NCBI RefSeq assembly: GCF_036365525.1
Contig: NC_090395.1
Location: 65,249,326-65,313,325 of the forward strand
Direction of reading: 5' to 3'
Length of the DNA: 64,000 nucleotides
DNA from: Heterodontus francisci
Lineage: Eukaryota
Both the position numbers and the translations under genes were made by a program. Numbering within the stretch: position 1 is the first letter of the stretch; each line of letters opens with the position of its first letter. The notes below the pieces were generated by a model. It was not told the DNA's origin. It did not search any database and was given only the letters and a program-made list of their open reading frames with translations. Shown here piece by piece: positions 1-12,189 of this stretch.

Positions 1-376
1 TCACATTCTTGTAATGTTCGACAGTATTCCTCCGTTCCCCTCCCTGAGGGAACTCGCTATTAGTATAGCTCAAATTTCTGGTGCATTGTCTCCTCCCTTT
101 GCCTCACCATTGAGGGCTGCATTTTCAATTAAGTCCAACTTTCTGGAATTCTATCGCTAAACCCCTCCTCCTTGTCAACTCGCTGATCTCCTTTAAGACC
201 CTCTTTAAAGCCCATCTCTTTTACCAAGCTTTTGGTCACCCCCCACAAACTCTCCTCCTTTAGCTCAATGGCTGTATTTCTTCACTCCTCTATGAAAATC
301 TTTGAGACATTTTTCTATGCTGAAGGCACTACATAAATTCAAGTTGTTGTTTCAAATATATCATTGATAATCTTAC

Positions 377-416
377 TTGATATCAAAGTGAGGAACAGCA
401 GAGCAATGAACTTCAT
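377..416 (-). CDS. Signal-peptide exon (MKFIALLFLTLIS) of a further CD300/pIgR-like paralog (gene D); the rest lies left of the window
   Basis: accATG start, 13 codons + 1 nt, then a gtaaga donor (phase 1). Same length, phase and IALL..T..S pattern as the leader at 62552-62591. Confidence 0.75.
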
Positions 417-609
417 GGTTCCAGCGAAGGTATCCACAATTTCCAGTAACCTATCTCTGTGTTGGTCAAAGGATTTGTACTGAATCATTTACTTTCTCGT
501 AGAATTACAGATATCTTCCCTGTATTGCATAGCATAAGAAATATTGACAAATCCTACTGTTTCACAACTTGTGTGTGTAGACATCAACAGTTGCAGTTAT
601 GTAAAGATT

Positions 610-2907
610 TTTTTTAAAATTCATTCACAGGATGTGGGCGTCGCTGGCCAGGCCAGCATTTATTGCCCATCCCTAATTGCCTTTGAGAAGGTGGTGGTGA
701 GCTGCCTTCTTGAACCGCTGCAGTCCATGTGGGGTAGGTACACCCACAGTGCTGTTAGGAAGGGAGTTCCAGGATTTTGACCCAGCGACAGTGAAGGAAC
801 GGCGATATAGTTCCAAGTCAGGATGGTGTGTGACTTGGAGGGGAACTTGCAGATGGTGGTGTTCCCATGTATTTACTGCCCTTGTCCTTCTAGTTGGTAG
901 AGGTTGCGGGTTTGGAAGATGCTGTCGAAGGAGCCTTGGTGCAGTGCATCTTGTAGATGGTACACACTGCTGCCACTGTGCGTCGGTGGTGGAGGGAGTG
1001 AATGTTTGTAGATGGGGTGCCAATCAAGCGGGCTGCTTTGTCCTGGATGGTGTCGAGCTTCTTGAGTGTTGTTGGAGCTGCACCCATCCAGGCAAGTGGA
1101 GAGTATTCCATCACACTCCTGACTTGTGCCTTGTAGATTGTGGACAGGCTTTGGGAAGTCAGGAGGTGAGTTACTCACCTCAGGATTCCTAGCCTCTGAC
1201 CTGCTCTTGTAGCCACGGTATTTATATGGCTACTCCAGTTCAGTTTTCAATCAATGGTAGCCCCTAGGATGTTGATAGTGGGGATTCAGCGATGGTTAAA
1301 TGTCAAGGGGAGATGGTTAGATTCTCTCTTGTTGGAGATGGTCATTGCCTGGCACTTGTGTGGCACGAATGTTACTTGCCACTTATCAGCCCAGGCCTGG
1401 ATATAGTCCAGGTCCAGGTCTTGCTGCATTTCTACACATTTCTACACAGACTGCTTCAGTATCTGAGGAGTCTTGAATGGTGCTGAACATTGTGCAATCA
1501 TCAGCGGACATCCCCACTCTGACCTTATGATTGAAGGAAGGTCATTGATGAAGCAGCTGAAGATGGTTGGGCCTAGGACACTACCCTGAGGTACTCTTGC
1601 AGCGATGTCTTGGAGCTGAGATGATTGACCTCCAACAACCACAACCATCTTCCTTTGCGCTAGGTATGACTCCAGCCAGCAGAGAGTTTTCCCCTTGATT
1701 CCCATTGACCTCAGTTTTGCTAGGGCTCCTTGATGCCATACTCGATCAAATGCTGCTTTGATGTCAAGGGCAGTCACTCTCACCTCACCTCTTGAGTTCA
1801 GCTTTTTTGTCCATGTTTGAACCAAGGCTGTAATGAGGTCAGGAGCTGAGTGGTCCTGGCGGAACCCAAACTGAGTATCACTGAGCAGGTTGTTGCTAAG
1901 CAAGTGCCGCTTGATGGCACTGTTGATGACACCTTCCATCACTTTACTGATGATTGAGAGGAGGCTAATGGGGCAGTAGTTGGCCAGGTTGGGTTTGTCC
2001 TGCTTTTTGTGTACAGGACATACCTGGGCAATTTTCCACATTGCAGGGTAGAACCACTCATGGTGATGGACATTGAAGTCCCCCACCCAGAGTACATTTT
2101 GTGCCCTTGCCACCCTCAGTGCTTCCTCCAAGTGCTGTTCAACATGGAGGACTACTGAGTCATCAGCTGAGGGAGGGCGGTAGGTGGTAATCAGTAAGAG
2201 GTTACCTTGCCCATATTTGACCTGATGCCATGAGACTTCATGAGGTCCGGAGTCGATGTTGAGGACTCCCAGGGAAACTCCCTCCCTACTGTATACCACT
2301 GTGCCGCCACCTCTGGTGGGTCTGTCCTGCCGGTGGGACAGGATGTACCCGGGGATGGTGATGGCAGTGTCTGGGACATTGTCTGTAAGGTATGATTCCG
2401 TGAGTATGACTATGTCAGGCTGTTGCTTGACTAGTCTATGGGAAAGCTCTCCCAACTTTGGCACAAGCCCCCATATGTTAGTAAGGAGGACTTTGCAGGG
2501 TCGACAGGGCTGGGTTTGCTGTTGTCGTTTCCGGTGCCTAGGTCGATGCCGGGTGGTCTGTCCGGTTTCATTCCTTTTTATAGACTTTGTAGTTACAACT
2601 GAGTGGCTTGCTAGGCCATTTCAGAGGGCATGTAAGAGTTAACCACATTGCTGTGTGTCTGGAGTCACATGTAGGCCAGACCAGGTAAGGACAGCAGATT
2701 TCCTTCCCTAAAGGACATTAGTGAACCAGATGGGTTTTTACAACAATCGACAATGGTTTCATGGCCATTAGACCAGTTTTAATTCCAGATTTTTATTAAG
2801 TTCAAATTCCACCTTCTGCTGTGGTGGGATTCGAACCCATGTCCCCAGAGGAATACCCTGGATCTCTGGGTTATTATTCCAGTGATAATGCCACTACGCC
2901 ACTGCCT
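610..2907 (-). mobile_element. CR1/L2-group LINE (APE endonuclease + RT), internally deleted and frameshifted, with a tRNA-like 5' head
   Basis: ORF 1442-2464 has DIVILTESYL, GDFNVHH, NYCPISLLS, QFGFR and PQGSVLGP motifs. 3' tail with A-run at ~610. A box at 2891-2901 and B box GGTTCGAATCC at 2827-2837 on the minus strand. Confidence 0.9.
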
Positions 2908-5726
2908 ACTCAAAGGAAAGGGATTTTCTCTTTAAAATAAATTTGAAAATACCTTCTCAATTCAAACCTTTTAAAATTTTTTCTTGCTGTAATGTGTATT
3001 AAAATAGAAAATAACCCCCCCTCCGCTTCATGTTTAACATAGGAAAGCAATTCAAATGCACTCTTTTTGGCCATGATCCCCAACAATTCAGTTCAAGAGA
3101 TGGGAATCAGTGTGAACTGGTATTGAGAGAGTGTGCAGAGGGTCTGAGGGCACTCTAACTTAACTATATATAAAGCATTTCAAACTGGGGCATTTGAACT
3201 CGAGAGTCTTTGAAATGGCATCCAAAGGGTGCCTGAGTTCATCAGATTTCTATTCTTTTGTTACCCAATGTCCTGTGGTCCTTTAATGTTTAATTGACCA
3301 AAAGAGATACTCAATTACAGAGGCTTAGGTGCCATAGTCAAAAATGTGAAATTTAACATTTAGTAAGGCCACCAAACCTGCCATGACCAAACTCTGTGCC
3401 TTTTCCCTCACCCATTCCAAACCTACGTCCTGGCTGAAAATGCAAATGTCCCTCACATTAGCACATCACTGGAGAATCAGATGGGGTCAACGATCCATCC
3501 CAGACTAGTGGACGATTCAGAGCTGTGCAGAGGAAACTCCTTGTTTTCAATCCCAATGCGAACCAGACATAATTCGTAAATTCAATGATTTAATGTACAG
3601 TTCTCAGTTAAATTAATAAAGCTACTAATGGTTCAGGTAGCACCATTTGGGTGTGGGAGATTGACCTCCTCCTGAATAGTGAAATGTTCTGTTTAGTCTC
3701 AACGTTGAAACCATTAACTCCAAAGGGTGTTAAGCTGCGTCCCTTGGTTCACTATCAGTGCTGGTTTATGTGTAACAAGAAAAGAGTGATACTTAACTAC
3801 TGCACTTGAATAATTTGTATGGAGCAAAACGTGACTGTAGCTGCCGGTCATCTTTGTACATCAACTGCTCACATTTTGTACAGTGTTTTTATGTTAGAAC
3901 AAATTAATGGCTGTTCCCTTAAAGTTCTAGAAGTAGATAAATGTTGGTAACTCGGGGAGAGAAGATGGGTTGGAAGGCCGAAGGGTGAGGGGAGCTGGGG
4001 TTGGAGCAGATGGAGGTTGGTTTTAGACCATTTGTCTGCTCTCTCCCCATTGATTTGCTTTTCCTCTTTTTGGAACTGGTGGATCTGCTGAAATGTTGCC
4101 AGCATCCCATTTCTTTAATTCAGACCTGATCATCATTTTATCTGTTTCCCATTTTCTCCCATTTATTTAGGCCGGTGAGCTGAAGCATGGAGGCACAGGC
4201 GGACTCCACTGGTGGGCTTCAAGCATGGAATGCAACCTGGTCCCCGTCCCCCAGCTCAGAACAAGTTTCTGGCAGTGTGAGGCTGGATGATGCTAGAGAT
4301 GCACCCACAGTGGCACTTAACGCCCACCTGCCACATCCCAATGAGTTGCCCCTCGACTGACCTGAGCAAATTCAAGATGTTCTGCTTTGTTCATTATATT
4401 TATATTAATATTTTATCTAAATGTTGACCATCTGTTCTCTCCACAAATGCTGCTCTTTCTGGTGTTGTTTTGATGTCCAGCATTTAGATCTTTATTGAAA
4501 TCAGTAAACCATGTTGTTGATTTTTTGCACATGGAGCTGTGACGACCAGGATGTAGAAGGCAATGTAGATGGATATCTATCCAGTTTCTTGTACAAGGCA
4601 GCCTTGATAAGTTTTATCCCTGTGTGCCAATAAGCATTGAACAATTTATAGTTAAAATAAAGTACAGCCTCTAACATTGCTTTCTGCCTGAAGAAAAGCA
4701 TCTGTGGTGGAGTGAGCTGATCATGTTCATGAGCTAATGTGCTGGGAGGATCAGATCCGAATCACAGCATTTGCTGGCCTTCTGAAGATGGCAAGCTTTA
4801 ATCTTGGAAAACCAATCATTTCAAGACCTGAGTGGAGTCAGAAGTGCTCAGCTGACTGACTGAGGTTCACTCGTCCTTACACACTCACCATGGGAGTGAC
4901 TGATAGAAGAAGATCTCCTCGCCAGAGGTCAGGTTGAGAGGTTTGTGTGATACAAAGGAGGGAGAGAGCATGAGAGCTGGATTGTTGGAATTAAACAAAA
5001 ACAAATTAAAATTGTTCAGCCACCGGGTAACTCAGCAATGAAGTGTTTAAACTTTTCCTGCTCAGAACGATGCATGTTACGCTGCCAAAGTTGTCAGCCA
5101 TTCACGATTTGCTTTTTTTTTGTCAGTTCCTAGTTGAACCACTATATGACATGCTGCACCACAGCAAGGCTTTCAGACCTGGAAGGAAAATGCAACAATG
5201 GATGGAAGTGAAAGTTTTCACAGGCAAGGGTTAAACCTCAGTTACAGTACTCTGTGCAGTTTTGAATACACGATTACAGAAAGGATATTGAAACCACAGG
5301 CATTACCATGGTATGCATTCCACCAGCAGATGGAGAAGCAGAGTTTATCAATGAGTTTCTCCTGTGATCCTGTTGTGCATTTCTTGGCAGCTGGTTTCAG
5401 ACTGCTGTTGGCAGTCTTAGCAAACAGTTCATTATCTTTGCCCAAGGAATGATATGTGTTCTATAAAATGTGAGGAAGATTCACCAAGTTGATATCAGAG
5501 ATGTAAAAGTATAGTTATAAGGATAAAAGCAAAATACTGTGGATGCTGGAAATCTGAAATAAAAACAAGAAACGCGAGAAATACTCAGCAGGTCTGACAG
5601 CATCTGTGGAGAGAGAAGCAGAGTTAACGTTTCAGGTCAGTGACCCTTCTTCAAAACTGGCAGATGTAAGAAATGTGAGGCAAGAGATAACAAAAGAGGT
5701 GTTGATAGGACAAGGTCACAGAATAG

Positions 5727-6046
5727 TTTATTATTTATTTAGAGATACAGCACTGAAACAGGCTCTTCGGCCCACTGAGTCTGTGCCGACCAACAACCAC
5801 CCATTTATACTAACCCTGCAGTAATCCCATATTCCCTACCACCTACCTACACTAGGGGCAATTTATAATGGCCAATTTACCTATCAACCTGCAAGTCTTT
5901 GGCTGTGGGAGGAAACTGGAGCACCCGGCGAAAACCCACGCAGTCACAGGGAGAACTTGCAAACTCCACACAGGCAGTACCCAGAATTGAACCTGGGTCC
6001 TTGTAGCTGTGAGGCTGTGGTGCTAACCACTGCGCCACTGTACCGA
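5727..6046 (-). mobile_element. tRNA-derived V-SINE (HE1-like) inserted in the Penelope element
   Basis: A box tggcgcagtgg, B box ggttcaattc, V-domain-like tgtgtggagtttgca..gttctccc..gtgggtttt, and a (taaa)n tail. Confidence 0.8.
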
Positions 6047-7759
6047 CCAGAAGGTCATGGAGCAAAGTCAAACAATATGTTAATGGTGTGCTGAAAGACA
6101 AAGCATTAGTACAGATAGGGTGTTAATGGACTGAAAACTGAAAAGGCACAAGCACAACCCCGAAAAAAACACAGTGGGTAGGCATAGTAGAAACAAACTG
6201 AACAAACTAAAATAAAATAAACACAAAAAATAAAAAAGGAAAAAGAAATAACTAAAAATAAAAGTAAAATGGAGGGCCCGTCATGCTCCGAAATTATTGA
6301 ACTCAGTGTTCAGTCCGACAGGCTGTAGTGTGCCTAATCGATAAATGCTGTCCCTCAAGCTTGCATTAATGTTCACTGGAACACTGCAGCAATCCCAGGA
6401 CAGAGATGTGAGCATGAGAGCAGGGGGGTGTGTTGAAATGGCAAGCAACCGGAAGCTCGGGGTCATGCTTGCGGACTGAGTGAGGTGTTCCGCAAAGCAG
6501 TCACCCAATCTGCGTTTGGTCTCCCCAATGTCGAGGAGACCACGTTGTGAGCAGCGAATACAGCATACTACATTGAAAGAAGTACAAGTAAATCACTGCT
6601 TCACCTGAAAGGAATGTTTGGGGTCTTGGATGGTGAGGGGAGAGGAGGTAAATGGGCAGGTATTACACCTCCTGTGATTGCAGGGGAAGGTGCTGTGGGA
6701 AGGGGATGAGGTGGTGGGGGAATGGAGGAGTGGACCAGGGTGTCGCGGAGGGAATGATCACTTCGGAATACTGACGGGAGGGAAGGGAAGATATTTTTGG
6801 TGATGGCATCATGCTGGATGTGACGGAAATGGCGGAGGATGAATCTTTGGAAGTGGCGTCTGATGGGGTGGAAAGTGAGGACAAGAGGAACCCTGTCGCG
6901 GTTCTGGGAGGGAGGGGAAGGGGTGAGGGTAGAGGTGCGGGAAATGGGCCGGACACGGTCGAGGGCCCTGTCAATCACAGCGGGGGGGGGGGGAATCTTC
7001 GGTTGAGGAAAAAGGAAGACATATCAGAAGCGTTGTCGTGGCAGGTAGCATCATCAGAGCAGATGCGTCGGAGACGGAGAAACTGGGAGAGTGGAATGGA
7101 GTCCTTACAGGAGGCAGGGTGTGAAGAAGTGTAGTCGAGGTAGCTGTGGGAGTCGGTGGGCTTATAATGGATATTAGTAGACCGCCTATCCCCAGAGATG
7201 GAGACAGAGAAGTTGAGGAAGAGGGAGGGAACTGTTGTAGATGGACCATGTAAAGCTGAGAGAAGGGTGGAAATTAGAAGCAAAGTTGATAAAGTTTTCC
7301 AGTACGGGGCAGGAGCAGGAAACGGCACCGATACATTCATCAATGTACCAGAAAAAGAGTTGGGGGAGGGGGCCTGAGTAGGACTGGAACAAGGAATGTT
7401 CGACATATCCCACAAAAAGACAGGCATGACTAGCGCCCATGCGGGTACCCATAGCAACACCTTTTACTTGAGGTAAGCAGTTGAAGGCGAAGTTGTTCAA
7501 TGTGAGAACAAGTTCAGCCAGGCAGAGGAGGGTGGCAAAGGATGGGGACTGGTTGGGACTCTGCTCAAGGAAGAAGCAGAGTGCCCTCAAACTGTCCTGG
7601 TGGGGGATGGATGTGCAGAGAGATTGGACGTCCATAGTTGGTTGGGGCCAGGAAACTGGAAATTGTCAAAATGACGTGGGGCGTCAGAAGAGTCACGGAT
7701 TCAGGTGAGAAGAGACTGGACCAGCGGAGAAAAGATAGAGTCAAGATAGGAAGAAATAA

Positions 7760-9061
7760 CTCCATTTCATTCTCCCAGTTTCTCCATCTCCGACGCATCT
7801 GCTCTGATGATGCTACCTTCCATGACAGCGCTTCTGATAAGTCTTCCTTTTTCCTCAACTGAGGATTCCCCCCCACTGTGGCTGACGGGGCCCTCAACCG
7901 TGTCTGGCCCATTTCCCGCACCTCTACCCTCACCCCTTCCCCTCCCTCCCAGAACCGTGACAAGGTTCCCCTTGTCCTCACTTTCCACCCCAACAGCCTC
8001 CATATCCAAAGGATCATCCTCCGCCATTTCCGCCACCTCCAGCGTGATGCCATTACCAAACGCATCTTCCCCTCCCTTCCCCTGTTAGCATTCCGAAGGG
8101 ATCATTCCCTCCGTGACACCCTGGTCCACTCCTCCATTACCCCCACCATCTCGCCCTCTTCCCACGGCACCTTCCCCTGCAATCGCAGGAGGTGTAATAC
8201 CTGCCCATTTACCTCCTCTCTCCTCACTATCCCAGGCCCCAAACACTCCTTTCAGGTGAAGCAGTGATTTACTTGTACTTCTTTCAATATAGTATATTCG
8301 CTGCTCTCAATGTGGTCTCCTCTACATTGGGGAGATCAAATGCAGATTGGGTGACCGCTTTGCGGAACACCTCCGCTCAGTCCGCAAGCAGGACCTGGAG
8401 CTTCCGGTTGCTTGCCATTTCAACACTCTCCCCTGCTCTCATGCTCACATCTCTGTCCTGGGATTGCTGCAGTGTTCCAATGAACATCAATGCAAGCTCG
8501 AGGAACAGCATCTCATTTACCCATTAGGCACACTACAGCCTGCGAGACTGAACATTGAGTTCAATAATTTCAGAGCATGACGGGCCCCCCATTTTACTTT
8601 TATTTTTAGTTATATTTTTCTTTTTCCTTTTTGATTTATATATATTTTTTGTGTTTATTTCATTTCATCTTAGTTTGTTCTGTTTGCTTACTCACTTTTT
8701 TTTCATGTTTGTACTTGCAGCTGTTCAATTTTCAGTCCGTTAACACCCTATCTGTACTAATGCTTGGTCTTTCAACATAACATTAACATATTGTTTGCCT
8801 TTGCTCCACGACCTTCTGGTCAGCTATTCTGTGACCTTGTCCTATCTGCACCTACTCCTTTGTTATCTCTTGCCCCACCCCCACTTTACTTGCTTATAAC
8901 CTTTTACATTTCTAATATATGCCAGTTCTGAAGAAGGGTCGCTGACCTGAAACGTTAACTTTGCTTCTCTCTCCACAGATGCTGCCAGAGCTGCCGGGTA
9001 TTTCCAGCATTTCTTGTTTTTATTTCAGATTTCCAGCATCCGCAGTATTTTGCTTTTATAT
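7760..9061 (+). mobile_element. Second Penelope-like fragment (RT C-terminus + GIY-YIG + 3' terminus) nested in opposite orientation
   Basis: ORFs 7878-8267 and 8347-8580 (CNRRRCNTC, GDRFAEH). 14-bp TSD atagga(a/g)gaaataa at 7746-7759 and 9062-9075. Confidence 0.88.
8924..8960 (+). ncRNA. Minimal type I hammerhead ribozyme motif in the Penelope terminus
   Basis: agtt-CTGAAGA-ag-ggtc(gct)gacc-t-GAAA-cg-TT-aact: stem I agtt/aact, stem II ggtc/gacc, palindromic AACGTT stem III. Confidence 0.7.
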
Positions 9062-9669
9062 ATAGGAGGAAATAAGTTCAGTGGGGCAGGAACAGGCTGA
9101 AACAATGGGTCTGCCGGGAGAGTCCTATTTGTGGATTTTGGGAAGGAGGTAGAAGCGGGCTGTCTGGGGTTGCGGGGCTAGTTATAAGGAATTGAGATAC
9201 TGGGACCATTTCCTCTGGAGCAGAGCAAGTTAAGCAATTTCATAGAGGTTTTTAAAATGATGAAGGTTTACAATAGAGTGAATAGGGGAAAGCTATTTCT
9301 TTTGGTTTGAATGTCAGTAACAAGGAATCACGATTCAAAATTGTCACTGATAAGAGTGATAAGAAATGGTTGGGAGTTACTCATTTATACAAAAAAATGT
9401 TGGAGTACAGAATTCTTTGCCACAGGGAAAAGTTGAGGCAGAGACCATTATAACTTTTAAGGGAAAATTGGGTGGACAGTTATTGAATCTAACAATATTT
9501 CTCTATCCAACTCATTCAAAAACTAGATTGTTGTTTGAGTATTGATAGAGTGATTCAGTTGAAATTAAGAAAATAATTTTGTATCAATGGTCTGGGCTGT
9601 TCCACTGTCAAACAATAGACAATGTACAAATGCTAATGTAGTTCTGTTTTGCCAAACATCTATTTAAAG

Positions 9670-10583
9670 TGTTACGACCAGGTGAGAAAGATGTTTCGGG
9701 GTCCCTCTCAGCCTTCACCTGGTCTTACTGTAACAGGGTTTAACTTGAAACACACCGTGTTTTTAGCTCCCACTTGATGAATGCTTGTTTACCGCTTTCC
9801 AATTATAAGGCAAAGAAACCAGCACAAACAGGCTTTCTTAGGTTTCAAGAAGAAAAGTTGAAATTTATTAAACTTAACCTTAAACTCTAATTTGGTTAAT
9901 ACCTATGGATACACGATGTGCCCATGCTAGCATGCATACGCGATACACGCATGCATACGCGATACACGCATGCAAATAGAGACAGAAAAGAGCAGAGGAA
10001 AAATAAAGTGGAAAAGTTTGAAGCAATATCTGAAGAGTTGTTGGTACGGTTCTTTGAGCTCACTGTAGAGTCTTTGATTGTAGGTAGATCCTGCTTTTCG
10101 TTGGGGCCCAGTATTCCTCTTAAACCTTGTTTGCTGCAGCAGACTTTTCTCTCTTGGGGTTCATGTGTCTTCAGTGGATTCAGCGGCTTGTGAGAAAGAG
10201 ATGGGAGCAGACAGGAAAGAGATCTTCTCAGTTGAGGAGCAAACTGCTTTCTGCTCAAACTATTTATGAAAATTCAAAAAACTCAGGTTGCCCAGCAGGT
10301 TGGCCATGAGACTAGCTGGTTTGACAATGTATTCGGCCATCTTAGCACTCAACCTGGAATGCGAGTTCCCCACCTTCAACATCTGGTGATCAAAAGTCCA
10401 TTGTGGGTTGAATGTCAGGGAATGGCTGCTTTGTCCTTCCAAACACCGTCTGTTAATATGCAAATATATTTTTTCCAGTCCTTGTAACAGGCCTTCTCTT
10501 CTTCCCAGAAACAATTTGAAATTTAATGTTCATGTGGCAAAATTAATATGCCTCATTCTTGGCAGGTGGGGGCCTGCATGACA
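9670..10583. mobile_element. Solo LTR (~914 bp)
   Basis: TGT...ACA termini, near-match 4-bp flanks aaag/aatg, no coding capacity. Confidence 0.6.
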
Positions 10584-10848
10584 AATGTTAAATTAATAGG
10601 TTGCTTCTGAACTTCACTAATTGGTATTCAAGGGCAGGCATAAATTAATCTGCAAAGTACATTTCCTTTGCAAATTCTGATTAAGCATACTTCGTCAAGA
10701 CACGGAATTCTTTAGCTTAGACAAACCTGCTGATATGAAGTGGAGAAATAATATACATGATTATTTTTGCAGTGCCAAAGGGATGTAATGGTAAATTGCA
10801 AAATATTTACTATTGTATATGAGGTGGCACCAAAGCTACTAAGTAACA

Positions 10849-12110
10849 TCACCTCATTCCATGACAAAATGAAAGGCACAATTCAGCATAGCGATACCTC
10901 ATCAGACCCCTTCCTATCCTGAGTGGCGTGAAACAGGGCTGTGTTCTCGCACCTACACTGTTTGGGATCTTCTTCTCCCTGCTGCTCTCACATGCGTTCA
11001 ATTCTTCAGAAGAAGCAATTTTCCTCCACACAAGATCAGGTGGCAGGTTGTTCAATCTTGCCCGCTTAACAGCGAAGAGCAAAGTATGGAAGGTCCTCAT
11101 CAGGGAAATCCTCTTTGCTGACGATGCTGCATTAACATCCCACACAGAAGAGTGTCTGTAGAGACTCATCGACAGGATTGCAGCTGCCTGCAACGAATTT
11201 GGCCTAACCATCAGTCTCAAGAAAACGAACGAAATGGGACAGGACGTCAGAAATGCTCCATCCATCAATATCGGCGACCATGCTCTGGAAGTTGTTCAAG
11301 AGTTCACCTACGTAAGCTCAACTATCACCAGTAACCTGTCTCTCGATGCATAAATCAACAAGCGCATGGGAAAGGCGTCCGCTGCTGTGTCCAGAGTGGC
11401 CAAGAGAGTGTGGGTAAGTGGCACACTGACACGGAACACAAAAGTCCAAGTGTATCAAGCCTGTGTCCTCAGTACCTTGCTCTATGGCAGCGAGGCCGAG
11501 ACAACGTATGTCAGCCAAGAGCGACGTCTCAATTCATTCCATCTTCGCTGCCTCTGGAGAATCCTTGGCATTAGGTGGCAGGACCGTATCTCGAATGCAG
11601 AAGTCCTTGAGGCGGCCAACATCCCCAGCATTTACACCCTACTGAGCGAGTAGCACTTGAGATGGCTTGGCCATGTGAGCCGCATGGAAGATGGTACTAT
11701 CCCCAAGGACACATTGTACAGCGAGCTCGTCACTGGTATCAGATCCACCGGCCGTCCTTGTCTCCGCTTTAAAGACATCTGCAAACGTGACATGAAGTCC
11801 TGTGACATTGATCACAAGTTGTGGGAGTCAGTTGCCAGTGATCGCCAGAGCTGACAGACAGCTATAAAGGCGGGGCTAAAGAGTGGTGAGTCGAAGAGAC
11901 TTAGATGTTGGCAGGAAAAAAGACAGAAGCGCAAGGTGAGAGCCAACTGTGTAACAGCCCCGACAACCAATTTTATCTGCAGCGCCTGTGGAAGAGTCTG
12001 TCACTCTGGAATTGGCCTTTATAGCCACTCCAGGCGCTACTTCACAAACCACTGACCATCTCCAGGTGCTTACCCATTATCTCTCGAGACAAGGAGGCCA
12101 AAGAAGAAGA
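10849..12110 (+). mobile_element. RTE (BovB-like) LINE, 5'-truncated, with stop codons
   Basis: GVKQGCVLAPTLF, LFADDAAL, LLYGSEA and RWLGHVSRM motifs; (aga)n tail. Confidence 0.9.
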
Positions 12111-12189
12111 GCTAGTGGATTGTTAATTTGTGTTAATGCTTCCTAACTGGGCAAAATGCCAGTCTTATTGGTTGGACTGAGGAGAAAGA

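Larger units (their letters stand above)
5524..9178 (-). mobile_element. Penelope-like element (RT + GIY-YIG), 5'-truncated, outer copy
   Basis: RFYLLPKIHK/GRPIVS (9060-9178), MDVQSL, GVAMGTRMG, YKPTDSHSYLDY and GDCFAEH motifs. 12-bp target-site duplication (TSD) tagttataagga at 5512-5523 and 9179-9190. Confidence 0.9.
5470..9480 (+). mobile_element. Old CR1 3' fragment split by the Penelope insertion (pieces at ~5470-5523 and ~9179-9480)
   Basis: RRFTKLISEM...YSYKE...LGPFPLEQ-like reading continues across the insertion. Confidence 0.65.

Noticed and set aside
2821-2907. tRNA gene
   Set aside because: A and B boxes only; no full cloverleaf, and it is continuous with retroelement sequence.
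3869-4110. Overlapping short minus-strand ORFs
   Set aside because: No recognisable domain or convincing splice context.
4883-4960. Possible upstream exon ending ATG|gtgagt for the gene D leader
   Set aside because: Only a donor-like motif; joining to candidate acceptors near 450 is out of frame or hits a stop.
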